Below, piece after piece: positions 18,334 to 28,530 of a DNA stretch of 64,000 nt (the first letter of the stretch is position 1; each line of letters starts with the position of its first letter). Made by a program: the position numbers and the translations under genes. This DNA comes from Bdellovibrionales bacterium (lineage in GTDB: Bacteria; Bdellovibrionota; Bdellovibrionia; Bdellovibrionales; CAYMLA01). Location of the stretch: the NCBI GenBank assembly GCA_965217115.1, contig OZ244239.1:96001-160000 (forward strand), read 5' to 3'. The notes beneath the pieces were generated by a model. That model saw nothing but the letters and a program-made list of their open reading frames with translations. It searched no databases and had not been told where the DNA came from.

Positions 18334-20537
18334 CTCTGGACGGAAAAACATTGGATGGAAAACTAGCCCATTATCGTCTTTCAAGGGAAGAGTTGGAGCT
18401 TATTAAAGCTCAATTAGGTCGTGAGCCTGAAGGAGTGGAGTGGGCTATTTATTCGGCTATGTGGAGTGAACATTGTAGTTATAAGAGTTCACGGGTTCAT
18501 TTAGGAAAATTTTATAATCAATCAGAGAGAGTTCTTCAGTCCTTTGGTGAAAATGCAGGAGTTATTGATCTTGGTGAAGGTGAGAAGGTGGCCTTTAAAA
18601 TGGAGAGCCATAATCACCCCAGTTATATATCTCCCCATCAAGGTGCGGCGACGGGTGTGGGTGGAATACTACGGGATATATTTACTATGGGAGCTAGACC
18701 TGTGGCTTTAGCCAATTATCTCTGCTTTGGAGAGCCATCGGCCGAGAGAATGCCTGTCATCGTCGATGGTGTGGTGCGAGGTATTGGTGATTACGGTAAT
18801 TGTGTAGGGGTTCCAAATATCACGGGACAAACTGAGTTCGATAACTCCTACAATGGGAATGTTTTAGTCAACGCTCTAGCGGTGGGGCTCTATCGTCCAG
18901 GGGAGGAAGTTTATCTTTCAAAGGCTCGGGGGAGTGGGAATTGGGTTGTTTATGTCGGGGCTAAAACTGGGCGAGATGGTGTTCATGGGGCGAGCATGGC
19001 CAGTGAGTCCTTTGATAATGCATCGTTATCAAATAAAACAACTATACAGATTGGTGACCCTTTCTATGAAAAATTGTTAATTGAGTCCTGCTTGGAAGTG
19101 ATGAAGGAAGATCTTGTTGTGGCTATTCAAGATATGGGTGCAGCGGGATTGACCAGTTCTAGTTTTGAAATGGCGGCCAGTGGTGGAGTAGGATTAAAAC
19201 TTTATTTAGATCAGGTCCCACTGCGTGATTCTTCGGTGACCCCAGAGGAGATTTTACTCTCTGAGAGTCAGGAGAGAATGTTACTTGTTTGTGAACCAGA
19301 TAAATTTGATCGAATCCAAAGTATCTTTCAACGTTGGGGTCTGGATGCGGTTAAAGTGGGAGAAGTTCAAGAAAAAAAAGAAGTGGAAATTTATTGGCAT
19401 AAAGAAAAAATATGTGGCATTGACCCTGAGATGATTGTTGAAAAGGCTCCCCGCTATGAGCGTCCCTATGATATTTGGAAATCAACCAATAGAGTAAAGA
19501 GAGTTGAAGATATACCAGGTTTTTCTAAGAGAATTGATAGAGAATCAATTGAGAGATCAGTGGGCTCTCTACACGGGATGGGCCGAAGCTGGGTTTATAA
19601 TCAATATGATCAGCGCGTGGGTGCTAATACGGTGAGGGATTGTTCCCATTGCCTGGGAGTGATCCGCCTGCCTGATTCGAAACGAACGTTAGGACTTGTA
19701 TTGGGTTGTCGTCCCCATATTATGCGCTGGGATGCTAAAGAAGGTGGTCGAGACGCGGTTGCCTACCCAGCCTTGCAACTTGCAATTAAGGGGTTTGAAC
19801 CGTTGGCGGTGACGGATTGTTTGAACTTTGGCAATCCAGAAAAAACAGAGACGATGAGTGAGTTCGTGGCAGCGGTTGAGGGGATTAGCGAAATTTGTGA
19901 AAAATTAGATGCTCCTGTTATTAGTGGTAATGTGAGTTTTTATAATGAGACTTTGGGTAAAAACATTACATCAACTCCCTCGACGGGGCTTGTTGGTTTA
20001 GGTCCAAATGTGGATAGGGTTCTGCCTTTTGATTGTTTTCAAAGTGAGGGGGAGCTTGTTTATTTAATGAGTTCTGATCAGTTTGTGATAGGTGGTCGCA
20101 GGCAAGAAGAGGAGGAAGAGTGTATTACAGGAGTTGGTCAGATAAGGGCTGAGCTTGTAGAGAAGATGTGTAAGTTAAGTCAAACGATGGCTCTATCGGA
20201 TTGTGTAAGCGCTTCTAGAGTTGTGGGAAAGTATGGTTTGAGTTATGCACTGGTGCGCATGGCGAGCGAGGGCTTGGGTGTTCAATTAGAGCTCTCTTCT
20301 GAGCTAGAGAAGAAATGGCATTTAGAGAGTTATTATCAGATTCTGTGGTCTGTTAAGAGAGATAAAAGAGAGAATTTCGAGTCTTTATTTAGTAGAGACA
20401 GAGATGCTCCAATAACATTACAGTGCTTAGGTTCGGTTAGTGGAAAAAGTCTCATTGTAAATGGTGAGAATATATTAGACTTTAAAGAAGTTATAAATGA
20501 ATATAATTCCTCTTGGGAGAAAAATATTGGAAATTAA
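18330..20537 (+). CDS. purL: FGAM synthase large subunit
   Basis: MWSEHCSYK, ESHNHPS, QDMGAAGL, SESQERM, SGNVSFYN. Confidence 0.98.
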   Translation: MTLDGKTLDGKLAHYRLSREELELIKAQLGREPEGVEWAIYSAMWSEHCSYKSSRVHLGKFYNQSERVLQSFGENAGVIDLGEGEKVAFKMESHNHPSYISPHQGAATGVGGILRDIFTMGARPVALANYLCFGEPSAERMPVIVDGVVRGIGDYGNCVGVPNITGQTEFDNSYNGNVLVNALAVGLYRPGEEVYLSKARGSGNWVVYVGAKTGRDGVHGASMASESFDNASLSNKTTIQIGDPFYEKLLIESCLEVMKEDLVVAIQDMGAAGLTSSSFEMAASGGVGLKLYLDQVPLRDSSVTPEEILLSESQERMLLVCEPDKFDRIQSIFQRWGLDAVKVGEVQEKKEVEIYWHKEKICGIDPEMIVEKAPRYERPYDIWKSTNRVKRVEDIPGFSKRIDRESIERSVGSLHGMGRSWVYNQYDQRVGANTVRDCSHCLGVIRLPDSKRTLGLVLGCRPHIMRWDAKEGGRDAVAYPALQLAIKGFEPLAVTDCLNFGNPEKTETMSEFVAAVEGISEICEKLDAPVISGNVSFYNETLGKNITSTPSTGLVGLGPNVDRVLPFDCFQSEGELVYLMSSDQFVIGGRRQEEEEECITGVGQIRAELVEKMCKLSQTMALSDCVSASRVVGKYGLSYALVRMASEGLGVQLELSSELEKKWHLESYYQILWSVKRDKRENFESLFSRDRDAPITLQCLGSVSGKSLIVNGENILDFKEVINEYNSSWEKNIGN

Positions 20538-21927
20538 TAGAGCATGGCGTGAGGAGTGTGGGGTCTTCGGTGTTTGGAATCACGAGGAAGCCAGTCACCT
20601 GACTTATCTAGGGTTATATGCAATTCAACATCGGGGACAAGAGGCCACGGGTATTGTGTCCTTAAATGGAAAAGAACATCGGCATTTTAGAGGTCTTGGT
20701 TTAGTGGCCGATGTTTTTATGCCAGGTGTTTTAGAGAAACTTCCCGGTCGAGCAGCGATAGGTCATGTCCGTTACTCAACCTCTGGCGGGAATAAGTTAT
20801 CCAATGCGCAACCTTTAACGGCACAGTTGATCAGTGGCCCAGTGGCTTTAGCCCATAATGGTAATATTGTGAATAACCAAGAAATAAGAACATCTTTAAA
20901 GCGCAAGGGAGTCATTTTCCATGGAAGCAATGACACTGAGGCCTTGTTGCACATGCTTGCAAGAGATCCGAGCGATGGGATCATTGAGTCATTAAAAGAT
21001 AATTTAAAGAAGCTAGTCGGCGCTTTTAGTATGGTTGTTTTAACGGACGATAAACTAGTGGCTATCCGTGACAGGCATGGATTTCGTCCTCTATCTATTG
21101 GTAAAATAAAAAATAAAGAGGGCGTAGAGAGCTACGTTGTATCATCTGAAACCTGTTCTTTTGATTTGATTGGAGCGAAGCACTATCGAGATGTGAAAGC
21201 GGGTGAGATTTTCTGGGTGGATGAGAGCGGTGAACATTCAGTCATGTTTGGAGAAGAGAAAAAACGATTGGCTCAGTGTGTTTTTGAGCATGTGTATTTT
21301 TCCCGTCCTGATTCTCAAGTTTTTGGGAGGAGTGTCTATGAGACTCGTAAAAATTTTGGTCGAGAATTGGCGAAGGAATCCCCTGTAGAGGCGGATGTTG
21401 TTATTCCCGTTCCTGACAGTGGAGTGCCTGCGGCTATTGGCTACGCAAATGAGATAAATCTACCTTTTGAGTTGGGAATTATTCGTAATCACTATGTTGG
21501 GAGAACTTTTATTCAACCGCATCAGTCTATCCGTAGTTTTGGGGTTAAAGTGAAACTCAATCCACAGAGGGCAGTGTTAGAGGGGAAAAGAGTTATTGTT
21601 ATCGATGACTCTGTGATTAGAGGAACGACGAGTAAAAAAATTGTGGATTTAATTCGTCAAGCGGGGGCAAGAGAAGTACATCTGAGAATTGCAGCGCCTT
21701 CGACCAGAGGTTCTTGTTATTATGGGGTGGATACACCAAGTCAAGAGGAGTTAATAGCTTCTAAGATGAATTTAGAGGAGATTTGTAATTTTATCGGAGC
21801 TGATTCTATGAATTACCTATCTATGGAAGCTCTGTGGAAATCGATGGATGGAGATAAAACACAGTTTTGCGCAGCTTGCTTTGACCGCGATTATCCGACA
21901 GAGCTATTTAAAGTGGACCCGTCTTAG
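20497..21927 (+). CDS. purF: Amidophosphoribosyltransferase
   Basis: EECGVFG, QHRGQE, GHVRYST, HNGN, VIDDSVIRGTT, CAACF. Confidence 0.97.
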   Translation: MNIIPLGRKILEINRAWREECGVFGVWNHEEASHLTYLGLYAIQHRGQEATGIVSLNGKEHRHFRGLGLVADVFMPGVLEKLPGRAAIGHVRYSTSGGNKLSNAQPLTAQLISGPVALAHNGNIVNNQEIRTSLKRKGVIFHGSNDTEALLHMLARDPSDGIIESLKDNLKKLVGAFSMVVLTDDKLVAIRDRHGFRPLSIGKIKNKEGVESYVVSSETCSFDLIGAKHYRDVKAGEIFWVDESGEHSVMFGEEKKRLAQCVFEHVYFSRPDSQVFGRSVYETRKNFGRELAKESPVEADVVIPVPDSGVPAAIGYANEINLPFELGIIRNHYVGRTFIQPHQSIRSFGVKVKLNPQRAVLEGKRVIVIDDSVIRGTTSKKIVDLIRQAGAREVHLRIAAPSTRGSCYYGVDTPSQEELIASKMNLEEICNFIGADSMNYLSMEALWKSMDGDKTQFCAACFDRDYPTELFKVDPS

Positions 21928-21956
21928 ACCTCGTAGATAGATGTTCAAAAGGGAGG

Positions 21957-22506
21957 TTTTTTAAATGGGTCTTTATTATTTAGCTCAGACATTCGTTTGG
22001 CTGCGGCGCTCGCTTTAGCGAGCATCGCACCAATCCGAACTCGCTAAAGAACAAAGACCTATTTAAAAAATAAACTTTGAAATTTGGGGTTGACTGGGGG
22101 CAGTGGGGTTGGAGGTAGGGAAAGTTCACCTTCAGAGGCTGTTTTTTTTAAATGGGTCTTTATTATTTAGCTCAGACATTCGTTTGGCTGCGGCGCTCGC
22201 TTCAGCGAGCATCGCACCAATCCGAACTCGCTAAAGAACAAAGACCCATTTAAAAAATAAACTTTGAAATTTGGGGTTGACTGGGAACAGTGGGGCTGGA
22301 GGTAGGGAAGGCTTGCTTTCAGAGGCTGTTTTTTTAAATGGGTCTTTATTATTTAGCTCAGACATTCGTTTGGCTGCGGCGCTCGCTTTAGCGAGCATCG
22401 CACCAATCCGAACTCGCTAAAGAACAAAGACCCATTTAAAAAATAAACTTTGAAATTTGGGGTTGACTGGGGACAGTGGGGTTGGAGGTAGGGAAAGTTC
22501 ACCTTT
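21957..22506. repeat. Tandem array, 3 x ~187 bp; each unit is a ~114-bp imperfect palindrome plus a ~70-bp G-rich spacer
   Basis: AAATGGGTCTTT starts at 21963, 22150 and 22336. Arms TTTTTTAAATGGGTCTTT / AAAGACCCATTTAAAAAA, apex GCTCGCT-TT-AGCGAGC. Confidence 0.95.
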
Positions 22507-22542
22507 AGGGTCTTGCAAGTGAGGGGAGCTGCTCAAATAACA

Positions 22543-22564
22543 AAGGCCACTTTGGAGTGGCCTT
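22543..22564 (-). terminator. Probable intrinsic terminator
   Basis: AAGGCCACT-TTGG-AGTGGCCTT stem-loop with a T-rich tail on the minus strand, downstream of 22619-23119. Confidence 0.6.
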
Positions 22565-22618
22565 GTCATTTAAATATTTAGAAAACTGTTGATCTAGGGA
22601 GTCTGTCTAGATAAAAAA

Positions 22619-23119
22619 TTACTCATCATCAGAGTAAAGTCCCTCGCCAATGTTCAGGCCAGTCAACATAGCTAGAGAAAGAGTCTTCTTAATTATTAAT
22701 TCGCTTACATATTTTTGTTCCTTCGCGAGGCGAATTTTCGTGTTACATTTCTTGATTGGAGACTCATCTGAAGTATCATCAGATAGAAGTCGATCAAAAA
22801 ATTTAGGGTCCTCTTCTTCCATTAGATCAAATACAAATTTGGCGATGCTAGAAGAATTTTTGACATTCTTTAAAATATTTTTCATCATACCATTCAAATT
22901 ATTCAGCACGACATTAGTAAAAGCATTGGTATAAACACAAAGATAAGCATCAAACAAGGGGCCATCTGCTAGCTTCCCTTTTTCTCCAGGCTCTACAGTC
23001 TGGATGAATTCGAGAGATGTTCCTAACAGATCAATTCCCTTATCAAACTGATCATCTTTAGCATATAGATTAAAAGGTATAGACATACTTAGAGTTAAGG
23101 CCAATAATAATTTTTTCAT
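22619..23119 (-). CDS. Hypothetical secreted protein
   Basis: MKKLLLALTL...LYA| signal peptide, AGGAG RBS. Confidence 0.75.
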   Translation of the reverse strand: MKKLLLALTLSMSIPFNLYAKDDQFDKGIDLLGTSLEFIQTVEPGEKGKLADGPLFDAYLCVYTNAFTNVVLNNLNGMMKNILKNVKNSSSIAKFVFDLMEEEDPKFFDRLLSDDTSDESPIKKCNTKIRLAKEQKYVSELIIKKTLSLAMLTGLNIGEGLYSDDE

Positions 23120-23376
23120 TCTTTCTTTCTCCTAGTCGTTTAAGTAATGGGTTGTTCACATTATTGTAGATTTGGGTAGTTATAACAGGGGTCAACGCAT
23201 CTGAGAAGAAAATTATTTAGGGCTGTAAATTTTGCAAAATGGAATAAAGCTTAGTTTTTGTGCAAGTTATTTCTTGTTCATTTTCTGAAATAGAGATAAG
23301 AATTTGTTTAAATAAACTCTGGAAAGACTCACAATAAAACCGTTACTCAGGTGAGTAATATAAATTGGAGGAAGAA

Positions 23377-23766
23377 ATGAAAAAAATTATCATAGCTTTA
23401 ACTTTACTAGCGTCAATATTTTCATTCGGCAGGACCACTTTAGCTGAAATGCTATCGAATGAAAATATGGAAGAACTGATAATATTGGATGAAAGTATCG
23501 AAGAATTAATCAGAAATACAGAAACAATGATGGCTGGCCTTGAAACAGCTGAACAACGTTCTGGAGATACTTTCGAGGTAATTAGAGAACGAGTGTGTAA
23601 TGCCACAGAAGTAGTTTCTGGTTACCTTAGAAATATTAGAGGCTGGGTAAGAGAGCTAAAAAATAAAGGAATAAAAAATACAGAACTAAAAAATAAAAAA
23701 CTTGATAGTCTCGATAAAAGACTTTACGTTGTGGTGAAAAAATACTGTTCTGACATAAGCGAATAA
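23377..23766 (+). CDS. Hypothetical secreted helical protein
   Basis: GGAGG RBS then MKKIIIALTLLASIFSFG signal peptide; two Cys. Confidence 0.75.
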   Translation: MKKIIIALTLLASIFSFGRTTLAEMLSNENMEELIILDESIEELIRNTETMMAGLETAEQRSGDTFEVIRERVCNATEVVSGYLRNIRGWVRELKNKGIKNTELKNKKLDSLDKRLYVVVKKYCSDISE

Positions 23767-23892
23767 ACCCTTACATGTGTATTGTTTTTTATAAGGCCCG
23801 CGCCTTCTGGGGTTGTGTTTAAAATAACTCATTATTAAATATTTAGATGACCTAAAGTTTGCAGTAGAATTTTTCTAAAATAGGAGAAGGTA

Positions 23893-24891
23893 ATGCGTGT
23901 ATTGTTGGCAATTAGTTTACTTATCGGAGTGAGCAGTGCAGGTGCAAAAACTTTAGATAATATAAAGAAGAATGGAGTTATTAAATGTGGAGTGAGTACA
24001 GGGGCATCAGGCTTTTCAGCCCCAAATAGTAAGGGTCAGTGGTTTGGCTTAGATGTGGATTTTTGTAGATCTCTATCGGCAGCGGTTTTTGGTGATCCTA
24101 ATAAGGTAAAGTTTGTTCCCCTAAGCGCTCAACAGAGATTCACAGCTCTGCAATCTGGAGAAGTGGATATCTTATCAAGAAATACAACTCGAAATTTAAC
24201 TCGTGATACAAAACTCGGCTTGAATTTTGCCCCTGTGATGTATTATGATGGGCAAGCATTTATTGTAAAAAGCTCTCTAAAAGCTAAATCAGTGAAGGAT
24301 CTCGATGGTGCCACGGTCTGCACGCAACAGGGAACGACGACAGAACAAAACCTAGCTTCTTATTTTAGACAGCATAAGCTAAAGCTAAGAGTAAAAGTTT
24401 TTGAATCGAATGAAGAGTCTGTAAAAACCTTTGTTGACGGTGCTTGTGATGCCTACACAACGGATAAATCTGGTTTGGCTATTCTCAAGATTAAGTATAA
24501 AAATATTAATCATAGAATTTTACCAGAAATTATATCTAAAGAGCCTTTAGCGCCCGTTGTTCGTCATGGTGATGATCAGTGGTTTGACATTGTAACATGG
24601 ACTGTTTACGCCCTTATAGGTGCTGAAGAGATGGGACTAACCTCTAAAAATATTCAGAAACATATTAAATCACATGACTTAAATATTAGGAAATTTGTTG
24701 GTACAACAAAAGGCAACGGTAAGGCGTTGGGATTGAGCAGTAAATGGGCTTATAATATAGTAAAGCATGTGGGTAACTATGGAGAGCTTTTTAAGAGAAA
24801 CCTTGGTAAAGATTCTCCAATGAAGATTGAGAGGGGTCTAAATAAACTTTGGACTCAAGGGGGATTGATGTACGCCCCACCATTGAAGTAG
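23893..24891 (+). CDS. aapJ: General L-amino acid ABC transporter substrate-binding protein
   Basis: RFTALQSGEVDILSRNTT, ISKEPLAP, GNYGE, GGLMYAPP. Confidence 0.93.
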   Translation: MRVLLAISLLIGVSSAGAKTLDNIKKNGVIKCGVSTGASGFSAPNSKGQWFGLDVDFCRSLSAAVFGDPNKVKFVPLSAQQRFTALQSGEVDILSRNTTRNLTRDTKLGLNFAPVMYYDGQAFIVKSSLKAKSVKDLDGATVCTQQGTTTEQNLASYFRQHKLKLRVKVFESNEESVKTFVDGACDAYTTDKSGLAILKIKYKNINHRILPEIISKEPLAPVVRHGDDQWFDIVTWTVYALIGAEEMGLTSKNIQKHIKSHDLNIRKFVGTTKGNGKALGLSSKWAYNIVKHVGNYGELFKRNLGKDSPMKIERGLNKLWTQGGLMYAPPLK

Positions 24892-24913
24892 CTAAAGGAT
24901 ATTTGTACTGAAG

Positions 24914-25873
24914 ATGAAGTCTTTATTAAAGAAACAGAATATCGTTCAGATATTCACCTTCTTGTGTCTGCTATTGGGCTTTTCTCTTTTTATTTACAAC
25001 GGACAGGAGAAAATTGCTAGACAAGAGATATCCTTGGGGTTTGATTTTTTAGAAGAGGAGGCCGCCTTTGAGATCAGTGAGAGCATCGTTGAGTACTCAT
25101 CTTTTGATACCTATGGGAGAGCACTTTTAGTAGGACTGCTAAATACTCTCAAGGTCTCTGTCTTAGGAAATATCTTAGCTCTATTATTGGGGTTGTTCAT
25201 TGGAATTAGTTTATTAAGTTCTAATACACTTTTGCGAAACATATGTGCGACTTATGTTGATTTGATGAGAAATACACCGTTATTATTGCAGTTGTTCCTG
25301 TGGTATGCGTTGTTGAGTTCTTTACTGCCAGCCCCTGAAGAGGCGCTCTCCTTTATGGGAATATATTTTTCTAATAGAGGGATCGTGATCCCTTGGATAG
25401 ATTGGCAGAGTTTATCCTTGTCCTTACCAGTTTTTAAATCTTTTAATTTTGAGGGTGGTTATACTTTTTCTTTAGAATTTTCAGCCTTATTGTTTGGCTT
25501 AGTGACTTACACATCTGCTTTCATCGCTGAGATTGTGCGCGCTGGCTTGTTGAGCGTTGATCGTGGACAGTGGGAGGCAGCGAGCACTCTGGGATTAAAC
25601 TGGATACAGTCGGTGAGATACGTGATTTTGCCCCAGGCTTCGAGAATGGCTATTCCCCCATTAACGAGCCAAGTATTAAACCTGACAAAAAATAGTTCTT
25701 TAGCGGTGGCCATTGCCTATCCTGATTTTGTGTCAGTGGCAAATACAACGATGAATCAAACAGGGCAGGCTTTAGAATTAATCCTATTCATTATGCTGGT
25801 GTATTTGAGTTTTTCTCTATCAACGGCAGCATTTATGAATTGGTACAATAAAAAGGTGGCACTGGTAGAGTAA
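24914..25873 (+). CDS. aapQ: Amino acid ABC transporter permease
   Basis: GLLNTL, RNTPLLLQL, GQWEAA, KNSSLA. Confidence 0.9.
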   Translation: MKSLLKKQNIVQIFTFLCLLLGFSLFIYNGQEKIARQEISLGFDFLEEEAAFEISESIVEYSSFDTYGRALLVGLLNTLKVSVLGNILALLLGLFIGISLLSSNTLLRNICATYVDLMRNTPLLLQLFLWYALLSSLLPAPEEALSFMGIYFSNRGIVIPWIDWQSLSLSLPVFKSFNFEGGYTFSLEFSALLFGLVTYTSAFIAEIVRAGLLSVDRGQWEAASTLGLNWIQSVRYVILPQASRMAIPPLTSQVLNLTKNSSLAVAIAYPDFVSVANTTMNQTGQALELILFIMLVYLSFSLSTAAFMNWYNKKVALVE

Positions 25874-26907
25874 TGAAGATAATTGGAATCTTAAAGAAGA
25901 GCTTATTTGATGGGTATCTTAATACTGCGATCACCTGTATCCTATTGCCAACGATACTCTACATAGGTTATCAATTATTTACATGGCTTCTAATTGATGG
26001 GATATTTTCTGGTACTATAGATGTTTGTAGAGAGAGTTCGGGATTCTGTTGGCTCTTTCTTCAGGAGAAAGCAAAGTATATATTGATGGGCCTATATCCT
26101 AGTGATCAGTTATGGCGACCCTGTTTGGCCCTAGGACTTTTCTTTATGTTTACCGCCTTTGTTGCTCGCCCAAAGAACTGGTGTCAGAAAAATATTTTTT
26201 ACTTTCTTCTATTAATGATCATGTGTTCATGGTTGATTTATGGTGGCTTTGGTCTTCGAACCGTAAGTAGTGATAATTGGGGAGGACTTCTTTTAACTAT
26301 TATTGTCTCTGTTATAGGTATTACCGTGGCCTATCCTTTAGGGGTCGTATTAGCCTTAGCTAGACGCAGTTCATTGCCTTTGTTTAAATATCTGTCTATC
26401 GTGTACATTGAGTTCATCAGGGGCATTCCTTTAATTAGCTTATTATTTATGTCAGCGGTTGTATTACCGATATTCCTACCTGATGGCATGGAGTTGGGAA
26501 AACTATTTCGTGCTCAGATTGCAATGATTTTGTTTTTCTCAGCTTATATGGCGGAGATTGTGAGAGGTGGCTTACAGTCTATCCCCTCAGGGCAGTATGA
26601 GGGAGCGATGAGTTTAGGACTTAATTACTATCAGAGAATGGGGAAGGTTATTTTGCCTCAAGCACTTAAGGTTGTGATTCCTCCCACGGTGAATACGGTC
26701 ATGGGTTTTTTTAAGGACACTTCGTTATTAGTTATTATAGCTCTCTTTGACTTGATGTACACAGCAAAGGCCTCAGTCACTGATCCTGAATGGGCGGGGT
26801 TTATTGTGGAAGCCTATTTATTTATAGCAGTCATTTATTTTGTTATATGTTCTTTTATGGGCAAATACGCAAAGTTTTTAGAGCATCACCTTAGAAAGGA
26901 TGGGTAG
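25873..26907 (+). CDS. aapM: Amino acid ABC transporter permease
   Basis: WGGLLLT, RGIPLI, GQYE, FKDTSL. Confidence 0.9.
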   Translation: MKIIGILKKSLFDGYLNTAITCILLPTILYIGYQLFTWLLIDGIFSGTIDVCRESSGFCWLFLQEKAKYILMGLYPSDQLWRPCLALGLFFMFTAFVARPKNWCQKNIFYFLLLMIMCSWLIYGGFGLRTVSSDNWGGLLLTIIVSVIGITVAYPLGVVLALARRSSLPLFKYLSIVYIEFIRGIPLISLLFMSAVVLPIFLPDGMELGKLFRAQIAMILFFSAYMAEIVRGGLQSIPSGQYEGAMSLGLNYYQRMGKVILPQALKVVIPPTVNTVMGFFKDTSLLVIIALFDLMYTAKASVTDPEWAGFIVEAYLFIAVIYFVICSFMGKYAKFLEHHLRKDG

Positions 26908-26913
26908 GTAGGA

Positions 26914-27666
26914 ATGGACACTCAACAATTAGTAGAATCTAAGATTATTACCTTAAAGAAGGTTAATAAATGGTTTGGCGATTTCCATGTTTTAAAAGAT
27001 ATAGACCTATCTGTGGAAAAAGGTGAAATTTTAGTTGTTTGTGGACCCTCTGGTTCGGGTAAGTCAACTCTGGTTCGTTGCCTGAATCGACTAGAGGAGC
27101 ATCAATCCGGTGAGATATTTGTCACAGACATAGAGTTGACGGGCGATAAGAAGAGTATCAGTTCTATTCGTGAGGATGTCGGGATGGTTTTCCAGCATTT
27201 TAATTTATTTCCACATCTAACTGTTTTGGAAAATCTAACTTTAGGACAAATATATGTAAAGAAGATATCTAAGGAAGAAGCTCAAGACAGAGCCCTGTTT
27301 TTCTTAGAGAGAATAAAAATTAAGGACCATGCCTATAAGTATCCCGGCCAAATATCAGGAGGGCAGAAACAGAGGGTTGCTATTGCTCGATCGCTGTGTA
27401 TGAAGCCTAAAATTTTATTATTTGATGAGCCCACCTCTGCATTAGACCCGGAGATGGTTAAAGAAGTTCTTGATATTATAGTGGACTTAGCTAAAGAGAA
27501 TATCACTATGATTGTTGTCACCCATGAAATGGGTTTTGCAAAAGAAGTGGCAGATCGAGTGATTTTCATGGCCGATGGAATGATCTTAGAATCAAACACG
27601 CCTAGGGAGTTTTTTGGAAACCCCCAACACCCCCAGCTAAAAACATTCTTAGATCAAATTCTATGA
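26914..27666 (+). CDS. aapP: Amino acid ABC transporter ATPase
   Basis: GPSGSGKST, ISGGQKQR, FDEPTSALDPE. Confidence 0.92.
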   Translation: MDTQQLVESKIITLKKVNKWFGDFHVLKDIDLSVEKGEILVVCGPSGSGKSTLVRCLNRLEEHQSGEIFVTDIELTGDKKSISSIREDVGMVFQHFNLFPHLTVLENLTLGQIYVKKISKEEAQDRALFFLERIKIKDHAYKYPGQISGGQKQRVAIARSLCMKPKILLFDEPTSALDPEMVKEVLDIIVDLAKENITMIVVTHEMGFAKEVADRVIFMADGMILESNTPREFFGNPQHPQLKTFLDQIL

Positions 27667-27680
27667 AAGAATAAATCTAT

Positions 27681-27837
27681 GGTCACCGGAGCAGTATAAA
27701 CCCTACAAGGACTTTGTCCATTTCCAAACGAAATTCCTGACATTAATAGAATGATTTCAGAGATTGTAAATGACAAACTCTATGCAGTTTTTATCTACAG
27801 TAGAAACGACTAATAGGTGCGGAAGGAGATGAATCCA
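27681..27837. repeat. Condensed mosaic duplicate of 28269-29036
   Basis: 27681-27779 resembles 28269-28367; 27761-27814 resembles 28541-28594; 27811-27837 is identical to 29010-29036. Confidence 0.9.
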
Positions 27838-27863
27838 ACACCTACTAGAGCGGTCTTTAAAAA

Positions 27864-28373
27864 TTAATGACAGCGAGGGATCTCGTTATTAAGCCTTTTT
27901 ATGAGCTTGTCATAATACGCACTCATGATACTCTTGGCGCTATTAAAGAAAGTAGGTCTTTTAGAAAGTTCTTCATCAATAGAAGCTATTAAAAGAATGG
28001 GCTTAGTTCCTGCCCGCAGGTCTTTGGCTAATTCAAAACCGTAAGAGCAATAGACGTTTACATCTGGAGTATGCCAACATGTAACATTGCTCACATAGCT
28101 GAGTAGTCCACTGTATATGCCTATTAAGGCTTTACCCTCTTGTACTTCCTTAATTACAGTCTCTGGGAAACCGTCATCCAGAAGGCCGATGCCAACTTGT
28201 ATCACTTCATATCCTTTTTCTTTAAGAATATGCTCGGTGTATCGCCTGAAGCCGAGTGGTGCACCATCGGTTACTGGAGCAGTATAAACCTTACAAGTAC
28301 TCTGTTCATTTCCAAACGAAATTCCTGACATTAATAGAATGATTCCAGATATTGTTAATGACAAACTTTTCAT
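27864..28373 (-). CDS. Hypothetical secreted protein
   Basis: Signal peptide MKSLSLTISGIILLMSGISFG after a GGGGGA RBS; ATG 28373 preferred. Confidence 0.7.
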   Translation of the reverse strand: MKSLSLTISGIILLMSGISFGNEQSTCKVYTAPVTDGAPLGFRRYTEHILKEKGYEVIQVGIGLLDDGFPETVIKEVQEGKALIGIYSGLLSYVSNVTCWHTPDVNVYCSYGFELAKDLRAGTKPILLIASIDEELSKRPTFFNSAKSIMSAYYDKLIKRLNNEIPRCH

Positions 28374-28530
28374 TTCATCCCCCCTTATAGAATTGCTTAA
28401 ATACCTACTCCACCCCCTACAAGTGGGCAAGGGGTAAGTGATCTAACGCTATATGACAGAAAATTTGCACGGAAGAGAGAGGTCACCGATGGGCAACCTC
28501 CTGATTTTTAGACAATAACTATTTGAAAGT

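Noticed and set aside
21957..22506. CRISPR array
   Set aside because: The repeat is ~114 bp, the spacers are near-identical to each other, and there are no cas genes in the window.
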